Shown here: positions 52,001 to 64,000 of the stretch, piece after piece
Layout: the number at the start of each line of letters is the position of its first letter
How positions within the stretch are numbered: the first letter of the stretch is position 1
NCBI GenBank assembly: GCA_002269645.1
Contig: NIVC01001154.1
Coordinates: 1-64,000 of the forward strand
From: Macrostomum lignano
Lineage: Eukaryota
Direction: 5' to 3'
Length of the DNA: 64,000 bases
Translations under genes and position numbers: made by a program
The notes under the pieces: generated by a model
The model's input: the letters and a program-made list of their open reading frames with translations, nothing else
Database searches by the model: none
What the model was told of the DNA's origin: nothing

Positions 52001-55000
52001 CCTAATGTGAGGAGGGCCAGAAGTGTTAGCGTTTTCATGCAGGAATGATCACACCTGTTAGATACAGATCACAACTGTTCGATAAGGATCACACTTGTTA
52101 GATAAGATTCACACCTGTTAGATAAGGATTACACCTGTAAGATAAGGATTACACATGTTAAGTAAGGATCATAGTTGTTAGATAAGGATCACACCTGTTA
52201 GATACAGATCACAGCTCTTAGATAAGGATCACACCTGTCCGATAAGGATCACACCTGTTAGATATGGATCACACCTGTCAGATAAGGATCACACCTGTCC
52301 GATAAGGATCACACCTGTCCGATAAGGATCACACCTGTCCGATAAGGATCACACCTGTCCGATAAGGATCACACCTGTCAGATAAGGATCACATCTGTCA
52401 GATAAGGATCACACCTGTCTGATAAGGATCACACCTGTCCGATAAGGATCACACCTGTCCGATAAGGATCACACCTGTCAGATAAGGATCACATCTGTCA
52501 GATAAGGATCACACCTGTCTGATAAGGATCACACCTGTCCGATAAGGATCACACCTGTCCGATAAGGATCACACCTGTCAGATAAGGATCACATCTGTCA
52601 GATAAGGATCACACCTGTCTGATAAGGATCACACCTGTCCGATAAGGATCACACCTGTCCGATAAGGATCACACCTGTCAGATAAGGATCACATCTGTCA
52701 GATAAGGATCACACCTGTCTGATAAGGATCACACCTGTCAGATAAGGATCACATCTGTCCGATAAGGATCACACCTGTCAGATAAGGATCACATCTGTCA
52801 GATAAGGATCACACCTGTCAGATAAGGATCACACCTGTCAGATAAGGATCACATCTGTCAGATAAGGATCACACCTGTCCGATAAGGATCACACCTGTTA
52901 GATATGGATCACACCTGTCAGATAAGGATCACACCTGTCCGATAAGGATCACACCTGTCCGATAAGGATCACACCTGTTAAAAATTAATCTTTCACATTA
53001 AATTCTTCAGGCCGCAGGTACTGAAGGCTCAATTTGTCGTTTCATCAAGTACGGCGATGACGGGTGAGTACGCCGTTCTGTTGAGTAGCTGAATGGACGA
53101 TTCGCTTCTGTTAATTGATTGAGCAGTAGGCAAAATTTCTATTGCCTTCATATTTTATTATAGTTTGGCAATAAACTTTTTAATACTCGATTAACCATTA
53201 ATCTGCGAATGTAGGGCAAAGCGGTAAGTTGTGAAGGATTTTTCAATGCGATTTTCTAGAAATGCTTTTTAAATCGTTTTCAAGTGCTTACTTACGCTTT
53301 TTTAAAAGAAAAAGACACGGACAGAAGCAGTGTCGCTGGTTCGCTTTCAAGCAGTACTAGTAGTAGTAGTTGCGTTTCTTAATTTCCTCTGAGTTCGCAC
53401 CGAAGCCATTGAGATGCTGTGTGTCATACAGATTTGACCGAGTGGGGCGAGTCCATGAGTCCATGAGTTCATGAGTCCATGAGTCTAGTAGTCCATGAGT
53501 CTAGTAGTCCATGAGTCTAGTAGTCCATGAGTCTAGTAGTCAATGAGTTCATGTGTCCATGAGTATAGGAGTCTATGAGTCTATGAGTCCATGAGTCTAG
53601 GAGTCCAGGAGTCTAGGAGTCCATGAATTTAGAAGTCCATGATTCTATGAGTCCATGAGTCTAGGAATCCATGAGTCTAGGAGTCCATGAGTCTAGGAGT
53701 CCATGAGTCTAGGAGTCTCTGAGTCTATGAGTAATGAGTTCATGTGTCAGTGGATCGATTGAGTTCATCCGTGTGAGTGAGCTGTTTTGCTCACCTGAAA
53801 TGTTAAGTATTTATTTTCAGAATTTTATTAATTAATTGAAGCGCACAAAAAGAATTCTCAGTGCACACGATGCTTTGCTTGCCATTTTTTTATTTACGAG
53901 TACCAAAGCAGCGAGTTTCCTCTAGGCTTAAATACTCGTAGTGCCAGCGCTGTTTTATTCCTTGCTGAGATCCCCAGTTGATGACGCCAACCCAACTCTA
54001 CGCAACCCCGCACCGACCCTGCAGCTTCTCCGTGTACATGCAGATGTACACGGTGTTCATGTTCCTCTGGCTATTCAATTTCGTTGACGGACTCTGCCAG
54101 ATGACTTTGGCCGGCGCGTTCGCCTCGTACTACTTTGCCTTCAACAAGCCGAAGGACATCCCGACCTTTCCACTGCTGGCTTCCTTCTGGCGGTGCATCA
54201 GGTTGGCGCAGAACGGCAGGCTTATGGATACAGTTTGAGGGGGAGAGGCTGAGAGGGAGAGGCTGAGAGGGAGAGGCTGAGAGGGAGAGGCTGAGAGGGA
54301 GAGGCTGAGAGGGAGAGGCTGAGAGGGAGAGGCTGAGAGGGAGAGACTGAGAGGGAGAGGCTGAGAGGGAGAGGCTGAGAGGGAGAGGCTGAGAGGGAGA
54401 GGCTGAGAGGGAGAGGCGGAGAGAGAGAGCAGGGACCACTAAAATACCTGTCACCTGCCCGCAGATACCACATGGGCTCGATCGCATTTGGCTCGCTAAT
54501 CATAGCCATAGTGCAGGCGATTCGGATCATTCTGGAGTACATTGATGCTAAACTGAGCGGCAGTCAGAATCCTATTGGAAAATTCTTCATCAAATGTCTG
54601 AAATGCTGTTTCTGGTGTCTGGAGAAGTTTGTCAAATTTATTAGCAAGAATGCCTATATTATGGTGAGTACTTTGGATAATGTTAGAATCAGAATCAATC
54701 AATGAGTTTAATTATGACAACCAGGTCGCACTTCTCGTTGCTTTTCTTGCAACAGGGTTCTTGCGTCTCCTCTCGGCTGTACCAAACCATATCTATGGCT
54801 GATGAATCTGTTATGGTCCAGCTGTACAGGTGTGGAAAGGTCCACAGATCCCATTTTGGGCCATAGACAATGAAAAGTCAGTCTTAAATAGCTTGATTCT
54901 CCCAACTAAGGATTAAATTGCTTGCTCCTGTGCTCAAAAAGCTTGGAAAACGCTATAATTGTATAATTATAGCAGTCCTAGAGAACATATTTAAAAGTCG

Positions 55001-58000
55001 AACTTCAGCGTTTCAAACTTCATTTCAGGTGGCCATTTATGGTCGAAACTTCTGCCTATCGGCTAAGGACGCATTCTTTCTAATTCTGCGCAATATTGTT
55101 CGAGTGGCCGTTGTTGACAAAATCACCGAGTTTGTGCTGTTTATCAGCAAAATGGTCATCATTGGGCTTATTGGTGAGTTTTGCTATTGTTCCGGAGGCT
55201 GAAATAAAATGTGATTAATCATGGATTATAGGGGCTGAGAGGCTGAGAGGGAGAGGCTGAGAGAGAGAAACTAAGAGGGAGAGAGGCTGAGAGGGGGGAA
55301 CGCTGAATAGGTAGAGAGGCTGAGAGTTAGAGAATGAGAGGTGTAGAGGCTGAGAGTTAGAGAGGTGGAGAGGCTGAGAGTTAGAGAATGAGAGGTGGAG
55401 AGGCTGAGAGTTAGAGAATGAGAGGTGGAGAGGCTGAGAGTTAGAGAATGAGAGGTGGAGAGGCTGACAGTTAGAGAATGAGAGGTGGAGAGGCTGACAG
55501 TTAGATAATGAGAGGTGGAGAGGCTGAGAGTTAGAGAATGAGAGGTGGAGAGGCTGACAGTTAGAGAATGAGAGGTGGAGAGGCTGAGAGTTAGAGAATG
55601 AGAGGTGGAGAGGCTGAGAGTTAGAGAATGAGAGGTGGAGAGACTGAGAGTTAGAGAGGTGGAGAGGCTGAGAGTTAGAGAGGTGGAGAGGCTGAGAGTT
55701 AGAGAATAAGAGGTGGAGAGGCTGAGAGTTAGATAATGAGAGGTGGAGAGGCTGAGAGTTAGAGAATGAGAGGTGGAGAGGCTGACAGTTAGAGAATGAG
55801 AGGTGGAGAGGCTGACAGTTAGAGAATGAGAGGTGGAGAGGCTGAGAGTTAGAGAATGAGAGGTGGAGAGGCTGAGAGTTAGAGAATGAGAGGTGGAGAG
55901 GCTGAGAGTTAGAGAATGAGAGGTGGAGAGGCTGAGAGTTAGAGAATGAGAGGTGGAGAGACTGAGAGTTAGAGAGGTGGAGAGGCTGAGAGTTAGAGAG
56001 GTGGAGAGGCTGAGAGTTAGAGAATAAGAGGTGGAGAGGCTGAGAGTTAGAGAATGAGAGGTGGAGAGGCTGAGAGTTAGAGAATAAGAGGTGGAGAGGC
56101 TGAGAGTTAGAGAATGAGAGGTGGAGAGGCTGAGAGTTAGAGAAGAAGAGATGGTGATGAAAATTCACGCATGCAAGAGAGATTGGACAGGGGTATGCAT
56201 GTGAACTCTAGCTAGATGTAAATAAATGGAATTCTAATACTTAGATTAACGCAGCAATTAAATAATTTGTTTATCTTAAATATTTGTTATGAAATCAAGC
56301 AAGCGGTGTAGCATCTTAACCGCTACCACTGTGACCTGCAGCGCAAAAACGTTTCGTGAAGCTCTGGGCAACATTATACAGTGCTAAGATACCAGCAAGA
56401 TGCTAGATAAAAGTTTTTTACAACTGGCTTCTAAAGCCCCTGGCTTTGGCTCTGTACTTTTGCACTGCAAGGTTTGAACCCTGCGCTTGCTGGTCCGATC
56501 TTAAGCCGACCTTGGCCCCGCGCTAGGCTGTTGGAAGCCTGCTGTACCAGTAGTGACAGAGACTGTAACTGGGCACGCTTCTGAGGATCCATCATCTGTA
56601 CGGGGGTTGAGGGGGGGGTAAAGTGGTCGGGTTTACATGTATAGGGCCATGCCAGCTTTTCCCAGAATTTTTTCGACTGTGTATAGACGCTATGATCATT
56701 AAAAAGGAAGCGTACTGCTGATTCATTCATAGCTCTCTGACAGGGGTTCCCCAGCAATACGTAATTAGTATTGGCACGTGACCTTTGCAAAGAAGGAGGA
56801 TTAGACATCAACCTACCCTGGGGAAAATTCTGTTCAATTATATCTATTTCAGTTTTAGCTTAAAGTTCTTATTTTCATACTACTTATCCAAACCGATAAA
56901 GTAGAGTAAACAGAATTTTAAAATAATATTAATTTAAAAAATCCACGCTTCCAGTGATAGTGGTGATGCTGCTGGTCCAAGAAGACGTGGACGCTGTCAC
57001 TGGGAAAGGCGATTTTCATTTCTTCGTGATTTTTGTAAATCATTATTAAATGCAATTTATGCCAGTGTGCCCCATCATAAACCAGCATGCTCGTATCCAA
57101 ATCTAGTGCGTAATTTTGCTTTGAAAATGCATTAACAAGATTATTTTCTTCACCATGGCCAAAATGCAAATTCTGAAAGTCGATTAAGTGATTGATTAGA
57201 GGCTGTTTAACTCAGTGGCTTCCTCCAGAATTCACATGACAGAGGTAATCAAGCTTGACGGATGACAGGAGCTTAATTTTTGCCACCTCTTTGTGTGGCA
57301 TCTACCGGTCTAGGAAACAAGGGCGCCCACCAAGAGACAGTGGCGCCCACCAAGAGTCATTGGCGCCCACCAAGAGACAGTGGCGCCCACCAAGAGACAG
57401 TGGCGCCCACCAAGAGACAGTGGCGCCCACCAAGAGACAGGGGCGACCACCAAGAGACAGTGGCGCCCACCAAGAGACAGTGGCGCCCACCAAGAGACAG
57501 TGGCGCCCACCAAGAGACAGTGGCGCCCACCAAGAGACAGGGGCGACCACCAAGAGACAGTGGCGCCCACCAAGAGACAGTGGCGCCCACCAAGAGACAG
57601 TGGCGCCCACCAAGAGACAGTGGCGCCCACCAAGAGACAGTGGCGGCTACCAAGAGACAGTGGCGCCCATCAAGAGACAGTGGCGCCCACCAAGAGACAG
57701 TGGCGCCCACCAAGAGACAGTGGCGCCCACCAAGAGACAGTGGCGCCCACCAAGAGACAGTGGCGCCCACCAAGAGACAGTGGCGCCCACCAAGAGACAG
57801 TGGCGCCCACCAAGAGACAGTGGCGCCCACCAAGAGACAGTGGCGCCCATCAAGAGACAGTGGCGCCCACCAAGAGACAGGGGCGCCCACCATGAGACAG
57901 GGGCGCCCACCAGGAGATAGTGGCGCCCACCAAGAGACAGTGGCGCCCACCAATATCATATCATATATTTCATTGTTTTCCAGTCTGCAGCAGTAGCTAT

Positions 58001-60636
58001 TCAAAATCGACAAATTTTTGAAACATTGGCACCAAAAAATGAAAGACTACAGATAATGCTTCACTTCACAAGAGCCTTCGCATGCAACCAGAGTGCCGTG
58101 TGTCCTTAATTAATGCTGTAAATACGTGTTTTAGCATGAACTTTGAGCTGCTTAATACATACCCAAGCTCCCATAATGCCCAAAGGCTCTCTGGCGTTCT
58201 TCTTCTTTGACGGCACGCTCGGCCAAAAAAGCGAAGTGATTGGCAAAGTGACGCCAAAGGGCATGGATTATTATTTTGTGCCAGTGATTGTGAGTGCAGT
58301 TATAGCCAACTACAGTACCATGTAGTCGCCTGGTAACCATGGCCGCGGATGGGAGATGCTCGTAACTTGAATTTCTTCGGACAGAGTTTCTGGCTTTTGG
58401 TTTTGTTGGAAGGAATTGTTTATAGTAACTTGGTGCTTGATTATGGTCTATTTTATCTGTGTTTGTCCGAGTAGATTCGATGCCTGTCCGAGTAGATTAG
58501 ATAACTGGCCGAATATATTAGATGCCTGTCCGAACAGATTAGATGCCTGTCCGAACAGATTATATGCCTGTCCGAACAGATTAGATGCCTGTCCGAATAG
58601 ATTAGATGGCTGTCCGAATAGATTAGATGGCTGTCCGAATAGATTAGATGGCTGTCCGAATAGATTAGATGGCTGTCCGAATAGATTAGATGCCTGTCCA
58701 AATAGATTAGATGCCTGTCCGAACAGATTAGATCAATGCCCGAATGGAATAGATGCCTGTCCGAGTAAATTAGATGCCCGTCCGAACAGATTAGATGCCT
58801 GTCCGAGAAGATTAGTGGATTATATGTGGGTACCGTTGTGGCCTATTGTACGACTTTGATATTCAAACTCACGTAAGTCTGGTTCTTTGTACGGTAAAGT
58901 AAGGTTAAGGCTACTTAGTTAAGTTTACTTTGTCTCACTATAATTTTAAGAAAATAATTGTTATGGAATTACGCTTGTATTTTCTGGTGCTGGTTGCTCT
59001 ACTAATTCCAAATGCTGTTTTCACTGTTAATTATTCATGCAGAAAATTCGACAAGCAGATTGAATCAGAATTCGAACCCATTTGTTGCAGCTGATCATCG
59101 TGTTCAGCTACTTCTGCACGTCGCTGTTCTTCGCCGTGTACAGCATGGGAGTTGACACCATCTTCCTGTGCTTCTGTGAGTGCATCTGGGCAGGGCGACA
59201 TTTTTTTAACTGTGGAAGAGGGAGAGGGAAAAGAGAAGAGGAGAGCGGAATTATTATCCTCATTTCAGCGCTGTGGCGTAAATTCACGAAATTATCAGAA
59301 TTTATTTGCAGTACGGACGGGCATCGATGTACCGAATGGGGTTCCCGTTCCATTACCAAGCCTTGAGGGAGAGAGGGAGACAGGGAGAGAGGGGGGGAAC
59401 AGGGAGAGAGGGAGACAGGGAGAGAGGGAGACAGGGAGAGAGGGAGACAGGGAGAGAGGGAGACAGGGAGAGAGGGAGACAGGGAGAGAGGGAGACAGGG
59501 AGAGAGGGAGACAGGGAGAGAGGGAGACAGGGAGAGAGGGAGACAGGGAAAGAGGGAGACAGTGAGAGAGGGAGACAGGGAGAGAGGGAGACAGGGAGAG
59601 AGGGAGACAGGGAGAGAGGGAGACAGTGAGAGAGGGAGACAGTGAGAGAGGGAGACAGGGAGAGAGGGAGACAGGGAGAGAGGGAGACAGGGAGAGAGGG
59701 AGACAGTGAGAGAGGGAGACAGGGAGAGAGGGGGGAACAGGGAGACAGGGAGAGAGGGAGAGAGGGAGAGAGGGAGAGAGGGAGAGAGGGAGACAGGGAG
59801 AGAGGGAGACAGGGAGAGAGGGAGAGAGGGAGAGAGGGAGACAGGGAGAGAGGGAGACAGGGAGAGAGGGAGACAGTGAGAGAGGGAGACAGTGAGAGAG
59901 GGAGACAGTGAGAGAGGGAGACAGGGAAAGAGGGAGACAGTGAGAGAGGGAGACAGGGAGAGAGGGAGACAGGGAGAGAGGGAGACAGGGAGAGAGGGGG
60001 GAACAGGGAGAGAGGGAGACAGGGAGAGAGGGAGACTGGAAGAGGGAGACAGTGAGAGAGGGGGGAACAGGGAGAGAGGGAGACAGGGAGAGAGGGAGAC
60101 TGGAAGAGGGAGACAGTGAGAGAGGGAGACAGTGAGAGAGGGAGACAGGGAGAGAGGGAGACAATGAGAGAGGGAGACTGGAAGAGGGAGACAGGGAGAG
60201 AGGGAGACAGGGAGAGAGGGAGACAGGAAGAGAGGGAGACAGTGAGAGAGGGAGACAGGGAGAGAGGGAGACAGGGAGAGAGGGGGGAACAGGGAGAGAG
60301 GGAGACAGGGAGAGAGGGAGACTGGAAGAGGGAGACAGGGAGAGAGGGAGACAGTGAGAGAGGGAGACAGGAAGAGAGGGAGACAGGGAGACAGGGAGAG
60401 GTAGAGACAGAGGAGGGCATCGACGCTCTTTCCGCAATGCCGCACTGCCGCCAAACTCCCACACAGTGGAGGACCTGGAGCGCCACGACGGCTCGGCCGA
60501 AAAGCCCTACTACATGTCCGCCGAGCTCATGGACATCCTCGGCAAGAAGAACGAGGCACCGCCGCCGCCTCCGCCGTCAGCTGACGAAGGCGCGACTGCC
60601 ACTACAGCTGCCGAGGGCGACAAGTCGAAAGATTGA
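49052..60636 (+). CDS. SLC44A: Choline transporter-like protein (CTL/SLC44A2-4-5 type); exons 49052-49118, 49850-49972, 50069-50144, 50908-52006, 53011-53063, 54025-54201, 54465-54663, 55029-55173, 58186-58289, 59091-59175, 60467-60636
   Basis: YDKNFKGPIQDRSCTDVICC, GDPKRIIYPTDSEGKICG, CPTPQVCVSECP, QMTLAGAFASYY, RYHMGSIAFGS, KFISKNAYIM|VAIYGRNFCLSAK, VDTIFLCF|LEDLERHDGSAEKPYYMS; all phases consistent (exon 9 uses an AAG acceptor). Confidence 0.95.
49196..49522 (-). mobile_element. Full-length tRNA-derived CORE-type SINE with (ATT)n tail, in SLC44A intron 1
   Basis: A box TAGCCTAGTGG, B box GGTTCGATTCC, MIR/CORE-like CCTTGAGCAAGACACTTAAC...GCTGTAAAATGGG, simple-repeat tail. Confidence 0.85.
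49449..49775. repeat. 140-bp inverted duplication (arms 49449-49588 and 49636-49775, 47-bp spacer)
   Basis: Arms match except at 7 positions, all within the SINE head or at its edge. Confidence 0.93.
50235..50865. repeat. 20-bp minisatellite (GAGTTCACGAGTTCATGAGT) in SLC44A intron 3
   Basis: Direct reading. Confidence 0.96.
52055..52980. repeat. 20-bp minisatellite (GATAAGGATCACACCTGTCC/A) filling SLC44A intron 4
   Basis: Direct reading. Confidence 0.96.
53455..53735. repeat. Degenerate 16-bp array (CCATGAGTCTAGGAGT) in SLC44A intron 5
   Basis: Direct reading; related to the 50235 array. Confidence 0.88.
54238..54428. repeat. 14-bp array (GAGAGGCTGAGAGG) in SLC44A intron 6
   Basis: Direct reading. 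Confidence 0.93.
55232..56150. repeat. 30-bp array (GAGAGGCTGAGAGTTAGAGAATGAGAGGTG) in SLC44A intron 8
   Basis: Direct reading. Confidence 0.95.
57320..57953. repeat. 20-bp array (CAAGAGACAGTGGCGCCCAC), reverse-orientation relative of the 19550 array
   Basis: Direct reading. Confidence 0.95.
58478..58812. repeat. 21-bp array (AGATTAGATGCCTGTCCGAAT) in SLC44A intron 9
   Basis: Direct reading. Confidence 0.92.
59365..60415. repeat. 16-bp purine-rich array (GGGAGACAGGGAGAGA) in SLC44A intron 10
   Basis: Direct reading. Confidence 0.95.
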
Positions 60637-60944
60637 TTCAATCAATCAGACTCAATCTTGAGCAACGCCTTACGTTGTACTCAAGTGGAAACGTTGTGAA
60701 ATATTGTAGTGAAAACTATGCAGTACGCAAAATGTAGTTCCGCTGCTTATACAATTAACTATAAGTATTATTATTTATATGTAGTTTAATAAGTATTAAA
60801 GAGGTCAAATGAACCCCGAATAAAATATTGGTAATATGTAAAAGATACATGAATTGCTTTTTTGGTAGATTTATCGCTTTAAGGAGGTCTTCAAATTCAA
60901 CATGCAGTTATCAAGGGCTCGTAGGGTGGATAGCGGCACCCACA

Positions 60945-61200
60945 GAGGGACACTTGGGGTAGACAGAGACACCCAGAGGGACTCTTGTGGTAGACAGAAA
61001 CACCCAGAGGGACTCTTGGGATAGACAGGGGCACCCACAGAGGGACACTTGGGGTAGACAGAGACACCCACAGAGGGACTCTTGTGGTAGACAGGGGCAC
61101 CCACAGAAGGACTCTTGTGGTAGACAGGGGCACCTACAGAGGGACTCTTGTGGTAGACAGGGGCACCCACAGAGGGACTCTTGGGGTTGGGGTAGACATG
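60945..61200. repeat. ~33-bp array (CACCCACAGAGGGACTCTTGTGGTAGACAGGGG)
   Basis: About 7 copies. Confidence 0.88.
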
Positions 61201-61799
61201 CAGAGGCACCCACCGAGGGAAACTTTTATTTAACGTACTAATGAATATTTGAAGTTACACACTGCATGCGAAGCGAGAAAAAACTATTTATGTTTAGGTG
61301 AAGGGACCCCCTTTTACTTCCTCGTGCCTTCAATCTTAAGAGAAATTTTCGATTATTTTTCATAGGTAATCAAAATGTGTTAATATTTCTTTCACAAGTG
61401 TCACACAACGGATAGACTTGTCAGATATTGTAAAATCGCTCGCTAATAGCAATTAATCATGCTCTGGCCTTTTTGCAAAATCTTATTATTTTTCAGACGA
61501 TTTACACAAAGTAATTTTTACAATTTTGTGATGTACAGTAAGCATATGATATACGAAAGATAACTAATCACTTCTGAAAACGCCGCAAACTGTGTTTAAA
61601 TACTCTTAGATGCGCTAATGTAGTTTCTGCTTGCCAAATCAGTAAATAAATATTTATTGTCATTAATAAAATAGGCACCACTGTCTAAGCATACATATCG
61701 GGTACCTAATGGTGCCATACATGGCATAATGTATCAGTTTAAATTCTCTTTGATGATGATGTGTAGAAGATAAATTATATTGGGACAGTGAACAGAGAA

Positions 61800-63800
61800 A
61801 CTGGGAGATGGGGCAGTGGGTAGACACACTGGGAGATGGGGCAGTGGGTAGACACACAGGGAGATGGGGCAGTGGGTAGAGACACACTGGGAGATGGGGC
61901 AGTGGGTAGAGACACTCTGGGAGATGGGGCAGTGGGTAGAGACACACAGGGAGATGGGGCGGTGGGTAGACACACAGGGAGATGGGGCGGTGGGTAGAGA
62001 CACAGGGAGATGGGGCGGTGGGTAGAGACACACAGAGAGATGGGGCGGTGGGTAGAGACACAGGGAGATGGGGCGGTGGGTAGAGACACACAGAGAGATG
62101 GGGCGGTGGGTAGAGACACAGGGAGATGGGGCGGTGGGTAGAGACACAGGGAGATGGGGCGGTGGGTAGAGACACACAGGGAGATGGGGCGGTGGGTAGA
62201 GACACACAGAGAGATGGGGCAGTGGGTGGAGACACACAGGGAGATGGGGCGGTGGGTAGAGAAACTGGGAGATGGGGCAGTGGGTAGAGACACACAGGGA
62301 GATGGGGCAGTGGGTAGAGACACACAGGGAGATGGGGCGGTGGGTAGAGACACACAGGGAGATGGGGCGGTGGGTAGAGACACACAGGGAGATGGGGCGG
62401 TGGGTAGACACACAGGGAGATGGGGCGGTGGGTAGAGACACACAGGGAGATGGGGCGGTGGGTAGAGACACACAGAGAGATGGGGCAGTGGGTAGAGACA
62501 CACAGGGAGATGGGGCGGTGGGTAGAGACACTGGGAGATGGGGCAGTGGGTAGAGACACACAGGGAGATGGGGCGGTGGGTAGAGACACTGGGAGATGGG
62601 GCAGTGGGTAGAGACACAGGGAGATGGGGCGGTGGGTAGACACAGGGAGATGGGGCGGTGGGTAGACACACAGGGAGATGGGGCGGTGGGTAGAGACACA
62701 CAGAGAGATGGGGCGGTGGGTAGAGACACAGGGAGATGGGGCGGTGGGTAGAGACACACAGGGAGATGGGGCGGTGGGTAGAGACACTGGGAGATGGGGC
62801 GGTGGGTAGACACACAGGGAGATGGGGCGGTGGGTAGACACACAGGGAGATGGGGCGGTGGGTAGAGACACACAGAGAGATGGGGCGGTGGGTAGAGACA
62901 CAGGGAGATGGGGCGGTGGGTAGAGACACACAGGGAGATGGGGCGGTGGGTAGAGACACACAGGGAGATGGGGCAGTGGGTAGAGACACAGGGAGATGGG
63001 GCGGTGGGTAGAGACACACAGGGAGATGGGGCGGTGGGTAGAGACACACCGGGAGATGGGGCGGTGGGTAGAGACACACAGAGAGATGGGGCAGTGGGTA
63101 GAGACACACTGGGAGATGGGGCGGTGGGTAGAGACACTGGGAGATGGGGCGGTGGGTAGACACACAGGGAGATGGGGCGGTGGGTAGAGACACACCGGGA
63201 GATGGGGCGGTGGGTAGAGACACACAGAGAGATGGGGCAGTGGGTAGAGACACACAGGGAGATGGGGCAGTGGGTAGAGACACTGGGAGATGGGGCGGTG
63301 GGTAGACACACAGGGAGATGGGGCGGTGGGTAGACACACAGAGAGATGGGGCAGTGGGTAGAGACACACAGGGAGATGGGGCGGTGGGTAGAGACACACA
63401 GGGAGATGGGGCGGTGGGTAGAGACACACAGGGAGATGGGGCGGTGGGTAGAGACACAGGGAGATGGGGCGGTGGGTAGAGACACAGGGAGATGGGGCGG
63501 TGGGTAGAGACACACAGGGAGATGGGGCGGTGGGTAGAGACACACAGAGAGATGGGGCGGTGGGTAGAGACACAGGGAGATGGGGCGGTGGGTAGAGACA
63601 CACAGGGAGATGGGGCAGTGGGTAGAGACACAGGGAGATGGGGCGGTGGGTAGAGACACACAGGGAGATGGGGCAGTGGGTAGAGACACAGGGAGATGGG
63701 GCGGTGGGTAGAGACACACAGGGAGATGGGGCAGTGGGTAGAGACACAGGGAGATGGGGCGGTGGGTAGAGACACACTGGGAGATGGGGCGGTGGGTAGT
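61800..63800. repeat. 26-30 bp G-rich array (GGGAGATGGGGCGGTGGGTAGAGACACACA)
   Basis: Direct reading, ~2 kb. Confidence 0.97.
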
Positions 63801-64000
63801 TACCATAGCAAAAGACTCAGAACATCAGTTTGCACTAGAATTGATCGAAGGTGACAGCTGGCACAGTGACAATTGATGAGCTGAGTATATTTAGCCGGCT
63901 TATATAATGAAATGACACAAGAGACTGCATTCGCGCAATTAGCGGCAAAACACAATATATAACAGCGGTAAAAAGAGAGATAATTAAGTACACCTGCTAG

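Overview
Eukaryotic (metazoan) genomic DNA with GT-AG introns, GC-rich exons and very dense minisatellites. The style resembles the flatworm Macrostomum, but that is inference only. (1) Positions 1 to about 6.8 kb, possibly to about 9.8 kb, are a tightly packed, intronless, all-minus-strand Polinton/Maverick (adintovirus-like) endogenous virus that runs off the left edge. It carries a penton/minor capsid, an A32-like packaging ATPase, a parvovirus-type PLA2, a dUTPase, a Zn-finger/GSxW protein resembling the pPolB N-terminus, orphan ORFs and, unexpectedly, a full two-repeat TATA-binding-protein (TBP)-like gene. An identical TATAAGCAA motif lies about 40 nt upstream of three virion-module genes. 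Most lesions in the element are 1-2 nt indels. (2) Four host genes could be assembled by hand with phase-consistent splice sites: an achaete-scute-type bHLH (-), a divergent EF-hand protein (+), MAPKAPK2 (-, 6 exons) and a choline transporter-like SLC44A gene (+, 11 exons). (3) About 30 tandem arrays, many filling individual introns, a tRNA-derived CORE-type SINE family, and a 140-bp inverted duplication in SLC44A intron 1 with an A-to-G biased arm. Most long ORFs in the ORF track are repeat artefacts.
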